Of a DNA stretch of 44,405 nucleotides, positions 27,450-38,296 are shown in pieces. The DNA is from Bacteroidota bacterium (GTDB lineage Bacteria > Bacteroidota > Bacteroidia > JAADEI01). Position 1 is the stretch's first letter, and every line of letters starts with the position of its first letter. The DNA lies in NCBI GenBank assembly GCA_015490475.1, contig WFXT01000095.1, positions 1 to 44,405 of the forward strand. The letters are read 5' to 3'. The notes beneath the pieces are model-generated. The model did not search any database and was not told the origin of the DNA. It saw only the letters and a list, made by a program, of their open reading frames with translations. Made by a program: the position numbers and the translations under genes.

Positions 27450-27821
27450 TTAAAAGTTCAAGCCCTGTTCCCTGGCGGCATCCGCCAATGCCTTTATCCT
27501 ACCATGATATTTGTATCCGTTCCTATCAAAAACCACTTTAGTAATACCTTTTTCTAATGCTCTTTTTGCTACTAAAGCACCCACCTTCTTAGCCATCTCT
27601 GTCATAGGCAGCTTTTGATCTCTCAGTTCCTTTTCCAGAGAAGAGGCAGCCACCAGAGTGTGCCCCTTCGTATCATCAATGATTTGAACATATATGTGTC
27701 TGTTACTTCTAAATACAGTCATTCTTGGTCTTTCTGGTGTTCCAAACACCTTCTTTCTTATCCTCTTTTTTATTCTCTGCCTTCTGAAAATCTTAAATGT
27801 TTTTTCTTTCAATGCTCCCAT
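27450..27821 (-). CDS. rplR: 50S ribosomal protein L18
   Basis: [20 protein letters not shown] and [24 protein letters not shown]. Confidence 0.95.
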   Translation of the reverse strand: MGALKEKTFKIFRRQRIKKRIRKKVFGTPERPRMTVFRSNRHIYVQIIDDTKGHTLVAASSLEKELRDQKLPMTEMAKKVGALVAKRALEKGITKVVFDRNGYKYHGRIKALADAAREQGLNF

Positions 27822-27828
27822 GGCTCAA

Positions 27829-28383
27829 TTATTTTTTAGCTGCTGCTTTACCAGGTTTACGTCTAACGTACTCGCCAACATAACGAATTCCCTTGCCCGT
27901 ATATACATTAGGTTTCCTTAATGATCTTATTTTAGCAGCCACTTCTCCGACAAGTGCTTTATCAATACCCTCCACGTGAATTAGAGTCTTATCTTTACCT
28001 CTTTCAACACTAATCTTTATTTCCGGCGGTGGTATAAATACTATACCATGAGAATAACCCAGAGCAAGCTCCAAAACATCTCCCTTCATCTCTGCTCTAT
28101 ATCCAACACCAATGACCTCTAAAGATTTCTTATATCCTTTGCTTACCCCCTCAATAATATTCGCTATAAGCGTCCTATATAATCCATGCATTGACTTATG
28201 TCTCTTTTGATCTGTGGGACGCTTTACCCTTATTATTTTATCTTCTATTTCAACAGTTATATCTGGATGAACTTTTACACTAAGCTCACCCTTTGGTCCT
28301 TTTGCAACAACTGTATTATCCTCTAAAACCTTCACTTCAACTCCGTCAGGGATCTGTATTGGTAATCTACCTATGTGTGACAT
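27829..28383 (-). CDS. rplF: 50S ribosomal protein L6
   Basis: MSHIGRLPIQIPDGV and KGIRYVGEYVRRKPGK. Confidence 0.95.
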   Translation of the reverse strand: MSHIGRLPIQIPDGVEVKVLEDNTVVAKGPKGELSVKVHPDITVEIEDKIIRVKRPTDQKRHKSMHGLYRTLIANIIEGVSKGYKKSLEVIGVGYRAEMKGDVLELALGYSHGIVFIPPPEIKISVERGKDKTLIHVEGIDKALVGEVAAKIRSLRKPNVYTGKGIRYVGEYVRRKPGKAAAKK

Positions 28384-28394
28384 GGCTCAATTTT

Positions 28395-28799
28395 TTAGAA
28401 TATTGTTGCTATCAGTTCTCCTCCTACATTACGCCGTCTTGCTTCTTTATCTGTCATTACTCCCTGAGAAGTGGAAATAATGGCTACTCCAAGCCCAGAA
28501 CGAACCCTCGGAATATCAGCAGCCTTTACATATATCCTCCTACCAGGCTTACTCACACGCTTAAATTCCTTTATAACAGGCTCTCCTGTAACAGGATCGT
28601 ATTTCAAGGCAATAATTATCTTATCCTGTCCTTGTGGTGTAGGCACAATCCTGTATCCCCTAATGAAACCCTGATCAAGCAATAATTCCGTTATAGCCTT
28701 CAAAAGCTTGGAAGCGGGAATTTCAACAGTCTTATGTCGTGCCATCTGAGCATTCTTAATCCGTGCAATAAAATCACCAACTGGATCCGTTACCGCCAT
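28395..28799 (-). CDS. rpsH: 30S ribosomal protein S8
   Basis: TDPVGDFIARIKNA and the C-terminal GGELIATIF. The start is set at the ATG at 28799, because the start tracked at 28817 would overlap rpsN. Confidence 0.92.
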   Translation of the reverse strand: MAVTDPVGDFIARIKNAQMARHKTVEIPASKLLKAITELLLDQGFIRGYRIVPTPQGQDKIIIALKYDPVTGEPVIKEFKRVSKPGRRIYVKAADIPRVRSGLGVAIISTSQGVMTDKEARRRNVGGELIATIF

Positions 28800-28810
28800 A
28801 ACTCCATTTT

Positions 28811-29080
28811 TTACCAACTTGCTTTCCTTATTCCGGGTATTTGTCCAGATGCTGCAAGTTCTCTAAAGTGAATCCTGCAAAGCCCGTAAAGGCGAATATA
28901 ACCTCGCCCTCTACCACAGATGCGGCATCTGTTCCGCACACGTACAGGCGATGAATTTCTGGGAAGCCTATCCAATGCTTCCCAGTTGCCCTCCGCTTTT
29001 AACTTAGCTCTTTTCTCCCGGTATTTCTCTACAAGCCGTTTTCTTTTCTCATTCCTTGCAATGGTCGCTTTGTTAGGCAT
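28811..29080 (-). CDS. rpsN: 30S ribosomal protein S14 (89-aa long form)
   Basis: C-terminal PGIRKASW, plus [26 protein letters not shown]. Confidence 0.95.
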   Translation of the reverse strand: MPNKATIARNEKRKRLVEKYREKRAKLKAEGNWEALDRLPRNSSPVRVRNRCRICGRGRGYIRLYGLCRIHFRELAASGQIPGIRKASW

Positions 29081-29090
29081 ATCTTTCTAT

Positions 29091-29705
29091 TTACTGTTGT
29101 TCCTGTTTAACAGGTTTCTGTTCCTTCTTAGCAAAAGGAAAGCCTAATTCTTCAAGCAATGCTTTAGCCTCTTCGTCAGTATCAGCAGTAGTTACAATAG
29201 TTATATCAAGCCCTGTAACCTTAGGTACCTTATCAATATTGATTTCTGGAAATACGATCTGCTCTGCTATACCAAAGGAAAAGTTTCCTTTTCCGTCAAA
29301 TCCAGTATCTTTAACACCCCTGAAATCCCTAACACGAGGCAGAGCAATAGTAATGAGCCTGTCAAGAAATTCCCACATCCTATCGCCCCTCAAGGTAACA
29401 CGAACACCTACATTCATACCCTTACGAATCTTAAATCCTGCTTCCGACTTACGAGCCTTAGTGAAAACTGCCTTTTGTCCTGCAATTAGTGTGAGCTCCT
29501 CAAGAGCAGCCTCTGCCAACCGCTTATCATTAAGAGCATAACCAATACCCCTGTTCAAACTAATCTTAACTAATCGTGGAACTTCCATAACGTTTTTATA
29601 TCCGAATCGCTCCATCAATCTCGGCACAACTTCTTTATGATACTTCTCCTTCAGTCTTGGTATATATCCTTCTGGTTTTTCCATTCCAGGTTGTTTTTCT
29701 GCCAT
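29091..29705 (-). CDS. rplE: 50S ribosomal protein L5
   Basis: [12 protein letters not shown] and LPRVRDFRG. It has N- and C-terminal extensions. Confidence 0.95.
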   Translation of the reverse strand: MAEKQPGMEKPEGYIPRLKEKYHKEVVPRLMERFGYKNVMEVPRLVKISLNRGIGYALNDKRLAEAALEELTLIAGQKAVFTKARKSEAGFKIRKGMNVGVRVTLRGDRMWEFLDRLITIALPRVRDFRGVKDTGFDGKGNFSFGIAEQIVFPEINIDKVPKVTGLDITIVTTADTDEEAKALLEELGFPFAKKEQKPVKQEQQ

Positions 29706-30052
29706 CAGTCAAGTATTTTACCACTTTTTTTAGCGTATCGGACAAGTTTTCCTTCTTCATTTCTCTTTCGTCCCACTCTTGTGGGCTCGCCCGTTTCTGG
29801 GTCAATAATCATAACATTTGAAATATGAATGGGACGTTCCACCTCTATAATTCCACCCTGTGGAAATTGCTCAGAAGGCTTAACATGCTTGACATTGACA
29901 ACGCCTTCCACCAGAACTCTTTGTTCTTCAGGAAATACTTTAATAACACGACCCTTAACTCCTTTAAATTTCCCTCGCATTACCATTACTACGTCGCCCT
30001 TCTTAATTTTAAGCTTAACCCTTTTCCGCTTTGTCTCTTTTTTCTTCGCCAT
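29705..30052 (-). CDS. rplX: 50S ribosomal protein L24
   Basis: [22 protein letters not shown] (KOW motif). Confidence 0.95.
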   Translation of the reverse strand: MAKKKETKRKRVKLKIKKGDVVMVMRGKFKGVKGRVIKVFPEEQRVLVEGVVNVKHVKPSEQFPQGGIIEVERPIHISNVMIIDPETGEPTRVGRKRNEEGKLVRYAKKSGKILD

Positions 30053-30064
30053 GGCTATGCAAAA

Positions 30065-30433
30065 TTAAACAACTTCTGGTGCTAATGAAACAACTCTCGT
30101 AAACCCTTTATCTCTCAATTCACGAGCTACGGGACCAAACACTCGCGTCCCTATGGGTTCATCTGCCTGATTAAGAAGAACTACTGCATTATCATCAAAT
30201 CGGACATAAGATCCATCCTTTCGGCGAACCTCTTTCCTTGTCCTAACTATAACAGCACGAACTACCTTACCCTTTTCCATTGAAGAGCCAGGAATAGTCT
30301 TCTTTACCGAGACCACTATTTTATCCCCAACAGTAGCAAATTTTTTAGCAGATTCTCCCAAAATACCTATACACATTACTTCCCTGGCTCCCGTATTATC
30401 AGCAACCTTCAAACGAGTCATTCTCTGAATCAT
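30065..30433 (-). CDS. rplN: 50S ribosomal protein L14
   Basis: [22 protein letters not shown]. Confidence 0.97.
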   Translation of the reverse strand: MIQRMTRLKVADNTGAREVMCIGILGESAKKFATVGDKIVVSVKKTIPGSSMEKGKVVRAVIVRTRKEVRRKDGSYVRFDDNAVVLLNQADEPIGTRVFGPVARELRDKGFTRVVSLAPEVV

Positions 30434-30459
30434 ACCTCACTTATTTTTACTATTAAAAA

Positions 30460-30825
30460 TTAAAGATTCTCCAGGTCTTCTGGTTCCTGAGATGACTCTC
30501 CTTCTACATCAAGCTTCTGAACCTTAGCAATTATTTCAACCACCCTCCATCTTTTTCTCTTGCTAAGAGGTCTTGTTTCCATTATCTTTACCACGTCTCC
30601 TTCCTCGCATATATTATTTTCGTCGTGAGCCATAAACTTCTTATGTCTAACAACAGGTTTACCATATCTGGGATGAAGAAAACGCCGTTCTACTTTGACG
30701 ACAACTGTCTTATCCATTTTGTTTGATACCACCACACCAACAAATGTCTTACGACGCCCTCGTTTTTTGCCTTCCTGACGCTCTTGTCCTTCTTGTGTCT
30801 CCTGTATCTCATTTTTTTCCGCCAT
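30460..30825 (-). CDS. rpsQ: 30S ribosomal protein S17 (extended, 121 aa)
   Basis: The core is [29 protein letters not shown]. It is flanked by a Q/E-rich N-terminal tail and an acidic C-terminal tail. Confidence 0.92.
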   Translation of the reverse strand: MAEKNEIQETQEGQERQEGKKRGRRKTFVGVVVSNKMDKTVVVKVERRFLHPRYGKPVVRHKKFMAHDENNICEEGDVVKIMETRPLSKRKRWRVVEIIAKVQKLDVEGESSQEPEDLENL

Positions 30826-30832
30826 ACCTCAA

Positions 30833-31051
30833 TTATTTTTTATTTTGAGCTTGTCTCTTCTCACGCTGCCTTCTATTCCATTCAGTTAACAATCTTGCAA
30901 TAAACTTCCGCTGGAACCTTAACCTCATTGGATTTTCAAGAGGTGTAATCTTATGAGCCCATTTCATTCTGACATAACGACGTTGCTCTTCCTCTATCTT
31001 TTCTTTAAGTTCTTCATCGCTCAACTGTCTAATTTCACTCATTTTCAGCAT
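30833..31051 (-). CDS. rpmC: 50S ribosomal protein L29
   Basis: EIRQLSDEELKEKI. An alternative start lies at the ATG at 31042. Confidence 0.9.
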   Translation of the reverse strand: MLKMSEIRQLSDEELKEKIEEEQRRYVRMKWAHKITPLENPMRLRFQRKFIARLLTEWNRRQREKRQAQNKK

Positions 31052-31059
31052 AGCTAATC

Positions 31060-31485
31060 TTATTTTCCTTCCTCGTAATCAGGTCTAACAACAAATTTTG
31101 TTGGGATAGGTAATTTATGTGCAGCTAATCTAAATGCTTCCTGTGCTTCAGCCATTGTAACACCATCTATCTCAAACAGAATCCTACCTGGTTTAACCAC
31201 AGCAGCCCAGTGGTCAAGGTCGCCTTTACCCTTACCCATACGAACTTCCAATGGCTTCTTTGTAATAGGTTTGTCAGGAAAGATACGAATCCATAGCTTT
31301 CCTTCACGACGCAGGAACCTGCTTATTGCCACGCGAGCAGCTTCTATTTGCCTATCTGAAATCCATGCATGTCCCAGAGCCTTCAACCCAAAGGACCCAA
31401 ATGCTAAGGTATGACCACGTGTAGATATGCCTCTCATTCTACCTCTCTGCTGCTTCCTCCATTTATATCTACGAGGTTGCATCAT
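31060..31485 (-). CDS. rplP: 50S ribosomal protein L16
   Basis: [18 protein letters not shown] and [16 protein letters not shown]. Confidence 0.97.
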   Translation of the reverse strand: MMQPRRYKWRKQQRGRMRGISTRGHTLAFGSFGLKALGHAWISDRQIEAARVAISRFLRREGKLWIRIFPDKPITKKPLEVRMGKGKGDLDHWAAVVKPGRILFEIDGVTMAEAQEAFRLAAHKLPIPTKFVVRPDYEEGK

Positions 31486-31506
31486 GGCTCACACTATTTT
31501 ACCTGT

Positions 31507-32217
31507 TTATTTAACTGGTCTATTGTAAGTTCTTCGTTTTAATGCTTTATGCTGAACAGCAGCAGGGGCAGGAATAGATAGGTCTCTCTTTCCATATACT
31601 TCACCACGACATATCCATACTTTAACTCCAATAACCCCCCACTTGGTAAATGCCTCTTTAAGAGCATAATCAATATCTGCTCTCAATGTGCTAAGAGGAA
31701 CTCTTCCGTCCATGTATTTTTCTGTTCTTGCTATTTCTGCACCGCCTAATCTTCCAGACACATGAACTTTTATTCCTTCAGCACCCATCCGCATAGTTGT
31801 GTTAATAGCTGCTTTTACGGCACGCCTATGATTAACACGTGCTTCTATCTGACGGGCAATCGTCTCTGCCACAAGCGGTGCTTCCAGTTCTGGCCGACTT
31901 ATTTCTCCAACTTTGACATCAACTTCTTCCCCTGTCAGTGCTTTCAGCTCTTCGGTGAGCATATTAATTTCCTTCCCGCCCTTACCAACAATAACTCCCG
32001 GGCGAGAAGTAAAAATAGTAACCACTATTCTCTTAGGGAATCTTTCAATAATTATTCTGGATATTCCTGCTCGGGGAAATCGTTTCTGAATGTATTGTCT
32101 AATTTGCCAGTCACCGTAAACTTTATCAGCAAACTGCTTTTTATCCCCGAGCCACATGCTATCCCAACCCCTTATAATTCCGAGCCTGTTACCTATTGGA
32201 TTTGTCTTCTGTCCCAT
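31507..32217 (-). CDS. rpsC: 30S ribosomal protein S3
   Basis: [14 protein letters not shown] and the KH-domain motif VGKGGKEI. Confidence 0.97.
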   Translation of the reverse strand: MGQKTNPIGNRLGIIRGWDSMWLGDKKQFADKVYGDWQIRQYIQKRFPRAGISRIIIERFPKRIVVTIFTSRPGVIVGKGGKEINMLTEELKALTGEEVDVKVGEISRPELEAPLVAETIARQIEARVNHRRAVKAAINTTMRMGAEGIKVHVSGRLGGAEIARTEKYMDGRVPLSTLRADIDYALKEAFTKWGVIGVKVWICRGEVYGKRDLSIPAPAAVQHKALKRRTYNRPVK

Positions 32218-32222
32218 CGCAC

Positions 32223-32606
32223 TTATTTAGTTGTGTCCTGTTTTTGATTTGAAACTTTTTCATTTTTTGAATCAACAACAATTAAGACATGGCTGGTTCT
32301 CCTCTTGTAGGGATGAGCTCTACCCCTACTTACAGGTCTCCACCGCTTCAGTGCCGGTCCCTGATTAACAATAATTGTCTTTATATAAAGATTAGCCTCT
32401 TCAACGGGAACTTCTGGATTTTTCTGTTGCCAGTTAGCCACTGCTGAACGCAACAACTTAAGAAGTGGATAAGACGCTCTCTTGCGAACAACCTTCAATA
32501 TCTCCATAGCGGTGTTCACATCCTTATTACGGATAACATCTGCGACCGGTATTACCTTTCGTGGCGATATGCGTAAATTCCTCAGCAATGCTCTTGCCTC
32601 AGCCAT
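32223..32606 (-). CDS. rplV: 50S ribosomal protein L22
   Basis: [15 protein letters not shown] and operon position. Confidence 0.95.
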   Translation of the reverse strand: MAEARALLRNLRISPRKVIPVADVIRNKDVNTAMEILKVVRKRASYPLLKLLRSAVANWQQKNPEVPVEEANLYIKTIIVNQGPALKRWRPVSRGRAHPYKRRTSHVLIVVDSKNEKVSNQKQDTTK

Positions 32607-32609
32607 ACC

Positions 32610-32879
32610 TTACTTGATTTTCTTTGAACTATGTCCCCTGAATGTTCTTGTAGGTGCAAATTCCCCGAGTTTATGTCCAACCATTTGTTCTGTGATATAC
32701 ACAGGAACAAAACCCTTTCCATTATGCACTGCTATGGTGTGCCCAACCATCTCAGGAACTATGGTTGAACGACGGGACCATGTCTTAATGACTTCTTTCT
32801 TGCCCTGTTCGTTAAGCTTGTTTATTTTCTTCATTAGCTTGGGGTCAACGTAGGGTCCTTTTTTAAGCGACCTTGGCAT
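32610..32879 (-). CDS. rpsS: 30S ribosomal protein S19
   Basis: [12 protein letters not shown] and [33 protein letters not shown]. Confidence 0.97.
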   Translation of the reverse strand: MPRSLKKGPYVDPKLMKKINKLNEQGKKEVIKTWSRRSTIVPEMVGHTIAVHNGKGFVPVYITEQMVGHKLGEFAPTRTFRGHSSKKIK

Positions 32880-32887
32880 ACCTCACC

Positions 32888-33727
32888 TTATTTTGCTCTT
32901 TCTGTTTCTTTACGGCGACGAACAATAAAGACGGACGTTGGATTCCTTTTCTTTCTTGTCTTTTTACCTTTAGCATAAAGGCCAGAACGAGAACGTGGGT
33001 GACCACCAGAGTGTTTACCTTCACCACCACCCATAGGATGGTCAACAGGATTCATTGCGACACCTCTGGTCCTGGGACGCCTATTCATCCAGCGATGCCT
33101 TCCCGCTTTACCAATAACCACAAGGTTGTGATCAACGTTAGACACACGTCCAATAGTAGCCTTACAGGTTTGTAATACCTTTCTGATTTCTCCAGAAGGC
33201 ATTTTCAATATTGCGAACTTCCCTTCCCTACCGACCAGTTGGGCTCCCGTTCCAGCAGCCCTGACAAGCTGACCGCCATGTCCGGGCCAGAGCTCAATAT
33301 TGTGAACAATTGTACCTACTGGAATCTTTTCCAGTGGAAGTGCATTACCCACCTTAATAGGGGCATCAGGACCCGAGATTATGGTGTCACCTACCTTTAT
33401 TCCATCAGGCGCAATTATATATCTCTTTTCACCATCTGCATAAACAACAAGGCTTATGTACGCTGATCTGTTGGGGTCATATTCAATAGTCTTCACTACT
33501 GCTGGAATACCGTCTTTATCTCGTTTAAAGTCTATGATACGATAACGGCGTTTATGGCCGCCACCCCTATATCTCATTGTACGGCGACCCTGATTATTGC
33601 GACCCGCCTTATTCTTATATTTAGCTAAAAGACTCTTCTCCGGCTCATCAGTAGTAAGCTCCTCAAAGGTGTTAACCGTCATAAACCTTCTACCCGGTGT
33701 AATTGGCTTAAATTTCTTCACTGGCAT
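32888..33727 (-). CDS. rplB: 50S ribosomal protein L2
   Basis: [13 protein letters not shown] and [14 protein letters not shown]. Confidence 0.97.
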   Translation of the reverse strand: MPVKKFKPITPGRRFMTVNTFEELTTDEPEKSLLAKYKNKAGRNNQGRRTMRYRGGGHKRRYRIIDFKRDKDGIPAVVKTIEYDPNRSAYISLVVYADGEKRYIIAPDGIKVGDTIISGPDAPIKVGNALPLEKIPVGTIVHNIELWPGHGGQLVRAAGTGAQLVGREGKFAILKMPSGEIRKVLQTCKATIGRVSNVDHNLVVIGKAGRHRWMNRRPRTRGVAMNPVDHPMGGGEGKHSGGHPRSRSGLYAKGKKTRKKRNPTSVFIVRRRKETERAK

Positions 33728-33739
33728 GGCTATAATTCT

Positions 33740-34042
33740 TTACACATTAAGGTTTAAGAAGTCTATGGTTTCTCCGGGAGCAAGAGTAACAATTGCTTTT
33801 TTGTAAGGTCGTTTCTTACCCTTTATTATGCCCCTTCTTGTGTATCTCACTCTCACTTTTCCAGGAACAATCATAGTATTAACCTTAACAACTTTGACGC
33901 CAAAGAGTTTCTCTACCGCATCTTTTATTTGCAATTTATTAGCCCTCATATCCACTTCAAAAACATACCTATTGTACTTCTCCTGCAGTTGGGTAGACTT
34001 CTCGGTAAGAATAGGTCTTTTTATTATTTCATGCGGTTTCAT
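33740..34042 (-). CDS. rplW: 50S ribosomal protein L23
   Basis: IIKRPILTEKS and operon position. It overlaps rplD by 14 nt. Confidence 0.93.
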   Translation of the reverse strand: MKPHEIIKRPILTEKSTQLQEKYNRYVFEVDMRANKLQIKDAVEKLFGVKVVKVNTMIVPGKVRVRYTRRGIIKGKKRPYKKAIVTLAPGETIDFLNLNV

Positions 34043-34685
34043 GGCTTAAGGATTTTTTAGGAAGTAGCCATTCCCCTGTTTTCAAAATGGCTTTTTCTGT
34101 GAAAAGTAAAGTATATGGTCTTGCAATTATGTAGGTATTCAAAGAATAATACGGTAACACCTCGGCGTATGGCAGGTTCCGTGCAGAGAGATAGATATTG
34201 CGATCTGGTTCTGGCAAAACTATAAGTGTAAACCTATCAGAAGCCTGAAGTGCTTGCAATATTTTGACCATTTCTTTAGTCTTCGGAACCTCAAGGGAAA
34301 AATCTTCAACTACTTTTATGGCACCTTTTGCTGCCTGAGCACTCAATGCACTTCTCCTGGCAAGCAACTGCATCTTCTTGTTAAGCTTAATACTATAATC
34401 CCAAGGTTGAGGACCGAACACTCGTCCACCTCCTCTAAATATAGGACTTGTTCGTTGACCAGCGCGAGCCTGACCAGTATGCTTTTGTGGTCTGATTTTC
34501 CTCGTAGAGCCCTGAACCTCTCCTCTCGTTTTGGTCTTGTGAGTGCCTCTATGAAGAGATGCCAAATAGCGCTTGATATCAAGATACATAACGTGTTCAT
34601 GGGGCTTTATAGCAAAGACCTCATCAGGCACTTCCACCTCTCGCCCCGTCTCCTCACCTGTTATAGAGTAAACAGGAAACTTCAT
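34029..34685 (-). CDS. rplD: 50S ribosomal protein L4
   Basis: RPQKHTGQARAGQRTSPIFRGGGRVFGPQP. Confidence 0.95.
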   Translation of the reverse strand: MKFPVYSITGEETGREVEVPDEVFAIKPHEHVMYLDIKRYLASLHRGTHKTKTRGEVQGSTRKIRPQKHTGQARAGQRTSPIFRGGGRVFGPQPWDYSIKLNKKMQLLARRSALSAQAAKGAIKVVEDFSLEVPKTKEMVKILQALQASDRFTLIVLPEPDRNIYLSARNLPYAEVLPYYSLNTYIIARPYTLLFTEKAILKTGEWLLPKKSLSHETA

Positions 34686-34693
34686 TTCTCACA

Positions 34694-35317
34694 TTATTTT
34701 TTCTTCAGTATTACAAACTCTCCTTTAGGTCCGGGAACGCTGCCCTTTACTAAGACCCAATTCTTTTCAGGAATTATTTTTACAATCTCAAGATTTTTAA
34801 TTGTAACCCTTTCATTACCCATTCTGCCTGCCATCCTCTTTCCTTTGACCACACGAGCAGGGAATGTGGCAGCACCTATTGAACCGCCATGACGCTCCTG
34901 GTCTTTTTGACCGTGCGTCTGTCCTCCAACCCCACTGAAACCATGCCTTTTTACTACACCCTGAAATCCTTTACCTTTAGACCTCCCTGTAACATCTATA
35001 ATCTCCCCTTCGGAAAATACATCTTGAATAGTCAATGTTTGTCCCACTTGTACTTCTATAGGGAAATCTCTGAATTCAACGAGCTTCCTTTTAGGTGTGG
35101 TGCCTGCTTTCTCAAAGTGTTTCAGTAACGGTTTAGGTGTATTTTTAACCTTCCTCTCACCAGCTCCTAATTGAACCGCGCTGTATCCATCTTTTTCAGG
35201 TGTCCTGATTTGCACCACCACATTAGGTTCCACTTCTATAACTGTAACTCCTACACTTGTGCCATCGTCTTTGAAAATCCTTGTCATTCCAAGTTTACGT
35301 CCAATTAAACCTTTCAT
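34694..35317 (-). CDS. rplC: 50S ribosomal protein L3
   Basis: MKGLIGRKLGMTRIF and GKGFQGVVKRHGF. Confidence 0.97.
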   Translation of the reverse strand: MKGLIGRKLGMTRIFKDDGTSVGVTVIEVEPNVVVQIRTPEKDGYSAVQLGAGERKVKNTPKPLLKHFEKAGTTPKRKLVEFRDFPIEVQVGQTLTIQDVFSEGEIIDVTGRSKGKGFQGVVKRHGFSGVGGQTHGQKDQERHGGSIGAATFPARVVKGKRMAGRMGNERVTIKNLEIVKIIPEKNWVLVKGSVPGPKGEFVILKKK

Positions 35318-35325
35318 AGCTCAAC

Positions 35326-35646
35326 TTATTTTACCTTAACAACAATATCTACGCTACTTGGAATTTCCAACTTTCTCAGCGCTTCCACAGTTTCCTGAGC
35401 ACTCTTAGGATAAATATCAATTATACGACGGTGAATCCTCAACATAAACTGTTCACGGGAATCCTTGTTGACGTGGGGAGAACGCAGTACAGTGAAAATT
35501 TTTCTCTTTGTAGGTAAAGGAATCGGACCTTTAACTGTTGCTCCCACGTTCCTAACCGTCTTTACTATACGTTCAGCGGTTCTATCTACCAACGAATGGT
35601 CGTATGACTGCAGTTTTATCCGAATGCTATTTATTCTCGGCGGCAT
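35326..35646 (-). CDS. rpsJ: 30S ribosomal protein S10
   Basis: [14 protein letters not shown] and [14 protein letters not shown]. Its start shares one nucleotide with the fusA stop. Confidence 0.97.
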   Translation of the reverse strand: MPPRINSIRIKLQSYDHSLVDRTAERIVKTVRNVGATVKGPIPLPTKRKIFTVLRSPHVNKDSREQFMLRIHRRIIDIYPKSAQETVEALRKLEIPSSVDIVVKVK

Positions 35647-37793
35647 TATTCTTCCATTTTTACTTTACCTCTTGCTTGAGCAACTATCTCTTCCTGAATG
35701 TTTTGTGGCACAGGCTCATAATGAGAGAATTCCATTATGGCAAATGCACGACCAGAAGTCAAACTCCTCAATTGAGTAACATAGCCGAATAGCTCTGCCA
35801 GAGGAACGTAAGCCCTTACTGACTTAGCATTACCTTTTGCTTCCATACCAAGGACGCGACCACGACGCCTGTTCAGGTCACCGATCACTTCACCAACATA
35901 CTCCTCTGGCGTAACCACTTCCACCTTCATTATAGGCTCCAAAAGAATGGGGTCTGCTTGCTTACATGCGTTTCTGAAAGCTGCTCTGGCACACATTTCA
36001 AACGCCTGAGAGTCAGAGTCCACTTCGTGGTAGGACCCGTCAAAAACTCTTACTTTCAATCCAATCATTGGATAGCCAGCCAAAACGCCATTCTGCATGG
36101 CTTGTTCAATGCCCTTCTGTATTGCAGGGATAAATTCCTTAGGTATAGCACCGCCATAAATATCATCAATAAATTGAAGTCCTTTTTGCCCTTCGTCAGG
36201 CGGACCGAACTCAGCAACTATCTCAGCATATTTACCACGACCACCAGTTTGTTTCTTGAGAAGCTCCCTATGTGTGACCGTCTTAGTTATAGCCTCCCTA
36301 TAAGCCACCTGTGGTTTTCCTGCCTTAGCATTCACCTTAAATTCTCTCCTGAGCCTATCCAGAATAATCTCCAGATGAAGCTCACCCATACCACTAACTA
36401 TAGTCTGTCCTGTTTCTTGGTCCACATGAACCCGGAATGTTGGGTCCTCTTCAGCCAGCTTGGACAGAGCCATAGAAAGTTTATCAAATTCTGCTTGAGA
36501 AGAGGGTTCCAATGCCATGCTGATAACTGGCTCAGGAATGTTGATGCTTTCAAGGATTATAGGATGCTTTTCGTCACATAATGTATCACCTGTTCTGACA
36601 TCCTTGAAACCAACACCGGCAGCAATATCCCCTGCCTCGACAAAATCTATCATCTGCTGCTTGTTAGCATGCATCTGATAGAGCCGTGAAACCCTTTCTT
36701 TCTTGTTAGTCCTTGTATTAAGGACAGCAGAACCAGCATCAAGATGCCCAGAATATACTCTGAAATAAACCAACCTACCCACGTAAGGGTCTGTCATTAT
36801 TTTAAATGCTAAAGCAGCAAATGGACCCTCAGGGTCAGGATGCCTTTCTTCCGTTTCTCCGGTTTTCGGATTAACACCTTTGATAGGTGGCAGGTCCAGT
36901 GGTGATGGCAAGAACGCTACCACTGCGTCAAGTAATGGCTGAATGCCCCTATTCCTGAGCGCGGAACCTGCAAGAACGGGAACAATCTTGAAATCAATAG
37001 TTCCTTGACGTAATGTCTTTTCTATCTCTTCTTCGGTAATGCTATCAGGGTCTTCAAAATATTTCTCCATAAGGGCATCATCCAGCTCAGCGATAGACTC
37101 CAGAAGTTTTGTTCGCCATTCCTCTGCAAGGTCCTTCATATCATCGGGAATCTCTGCAACCCTATATTGCTTACCAAGTTCATCAGTGTCCCAATAAAGT
37201 GCCCTCATCCTAATGAGGTCAATAACTCCAACAAACGAATCTTCAGAACCAATAGGCAACTGAATTGGAACAGGATTGGCACCTAATTTTTCTTTAATCT
37301 CATTGACAACCCTAAAGAAATCTGCACCGACCCTATCCATCTTGTTAATAAAGACAATCCTTGGAACATTATACCTATTTGCCTGTCGCCATACTGTTTC
37401 CGTTTGCGGTTCCACACCACCAACGGCACATAGAACTACAACAGCTCCATCCAGAACACGCATTGAACGTTCCACCTCAATAGTGAAGTCCACGTGCCCA
37501 GGTGTATCAATTATGTTAATTCTGTATCGCTGTCCTTTGTAATCCCAGAACACCCGGGTTGTAGCAGCCGTAATAGTAATACCACGTTCTTTTTCTTGAG
37601 GCATCCAGTCCATTGTTGCGGCACCCTCGTGCACTTCACCCATACGGTGAATGAGTCCAGTGTAATACAGTATTCGCTCTGTAGTAGTGGTTTTTCCTGC
37701 GTCTATATGTGCCGCAATACCTATGTTCCTTGTAATCTTAATCTTATGTAACTTCTTTTCCCTTGATTCCTGAGTCTTTTGTGCTGTTGCCAT
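35646..37793 (-). CDS. fusA: Translation elongation factor G
   Basis: [24 protein letters not shown] (G1), DTPGHVDF (G3) and NKMD (G4). The ORF is 715 aa. Confidence 0.97.
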   Translation of the reverse strand: MATAQKTQESREKKLHKIKITRNIGIAAHIDAGKTTTTERILYYTGLIHRMGEVHEGAATMDWMPQEKERGITITAATTRVFWDYKGQRYRINIIDTPGHVDFTIEVERSMRVLDGAVVVLCAVGGVEPQTETVWRQANRYNVPRIVFINKMDRVGADFFRVVNEIKEKLGANPVPIQLPIGSEDSFVGVIDLIRMRALYWDTDELGKQYRVAEIPDDMKDLAEEWRTKLLESIAELDDALMEKYFEDPDSITEEEIEKTLRQGTIDFKIVPVLAGSALRNRGIQPLLDAVVAFLPSPLDLPPIKGVNPKTGETEERHPDPEGPFAALAFKIMTDPYVGRLVYFRVYSGHLDAGSAVLNTRTNKKERVSRLYQMHANKQQMIDFVEAGDIAAGVGFKDVRTGDTLCDEKHPIILESINIPEPVISMALEPSSQAEFDKLSMALSKLAEEDPTFRVHVDQETGQTIVSGMGELHLEIILDRLRREFKVNAKAGKPQVAYREAITKTVTHRELLKKQTGGRGKYAEIVAEFGPPDEGQKGLQFIDDIYGGAIPKEFIPAIQKGIEQAMQNGVLAGYPMIGLKVRVFDGSYHEVDSDSQAFEMCARAAFRNACKQADPILLEPIMKVEVVTPEEYVGEVIGDLNRRRGRVLGMEAKGNAKSVRAYVPLAELFGYVTQLRSLTSGRAFAIMEFSHYEPVPQNIQEEIVAQARGKVKMEE

Positions 37794-37815
37794 AGCTATC
37801 TTGATTTTAAGTTAA

Positions 37816-38289
37816 TTAAAATCTAAGGTGAGCAAATGCTTTATTACCTTCTGCCATTCTATGGACGTTTTCTTTAATCTTTATTGCACCACCCTGATTC
37901 TTGGAAGCATCTATTAATTCAGCAGCCAGTTTTTCTTCCATTGACTTACCTTTTCTCTCTCGTGCCGCTTGAACAAGCCAACGCATTGCCAGAGACTCTT
38001 GCCTGTGTGGTGGCACCTCATAAGGAACCTGATATGTTGCACCACCCACACGCCTTGGACGAACTTCCAGTAAAGGTTTCACATTTTCCATAGCTTTCTT
38101 CCATACTTCATATCCATCTTCGCCTGTTTCTTTCTCAATAATTTCCATAGCCTTATAGAAAATCTTCATAGCCTTGCTTTTCTTACCGTCCTTCATCATA
38201 ACATTGATAAACTTAGAGACTCTGGGGTCTCCATACTTTGGGTCTGGCGGCGGAACTCTCTTCTCTATTCCTTTCTTCTTACGTGGCAT
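37816..38289 (-). CDS. rpsG: 30S ribosomal protein S7
   Basis: [15 protein letters not shown] and the C-terminal AFAHLRF. Confidence 0.97.
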   Translation of the reverse strand: MPRKKKGIEKRVPPPDPKYGDPRVSKFINVMMKDGKKSKAMKIFYKAMEIIEKETGEDGYEVWKKAMENVKPLLEVRPRRVGGATYQVPYEVPPHRQESLAMRWLVQAARERKGKSMEEKLAAELIDASKNQGGAIKIKENVHRMAEGNKAFAHLRF

Positions 38290-38296
38290 AGGTTAC

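Noticed and set aside
28800-28817. Six extra N-terminal codons (MVKNGV) on S8
   Set aside because: They would overlap the rpsN 3' end. The conserved S8 N-terminus (M-x-x-TDP-x-x-D) begins at the ATG at 28799.
32863-33045. 60-aa minus-strand ORF overlapping the rplB 3' end and the rpsS start
   Set aside because: It is an out-of-frame overlap with L2 coding sequence, and no independent signal supports it.
34254-34892. 212-aa plus-strand ORF, and similar long antisense ORFs (35958-36581, 31762-32247, 32482-32853, 23011-23373, 13935-14291, 1591-2052, 41234-41617)
   Set aside because: All lie fully antisense to strongly recognisable conserved genes. They have low-complexity, Ser/Leu/Cys/Phe-rich translations typical of shadow ORFs, and none has recognisable motifs.
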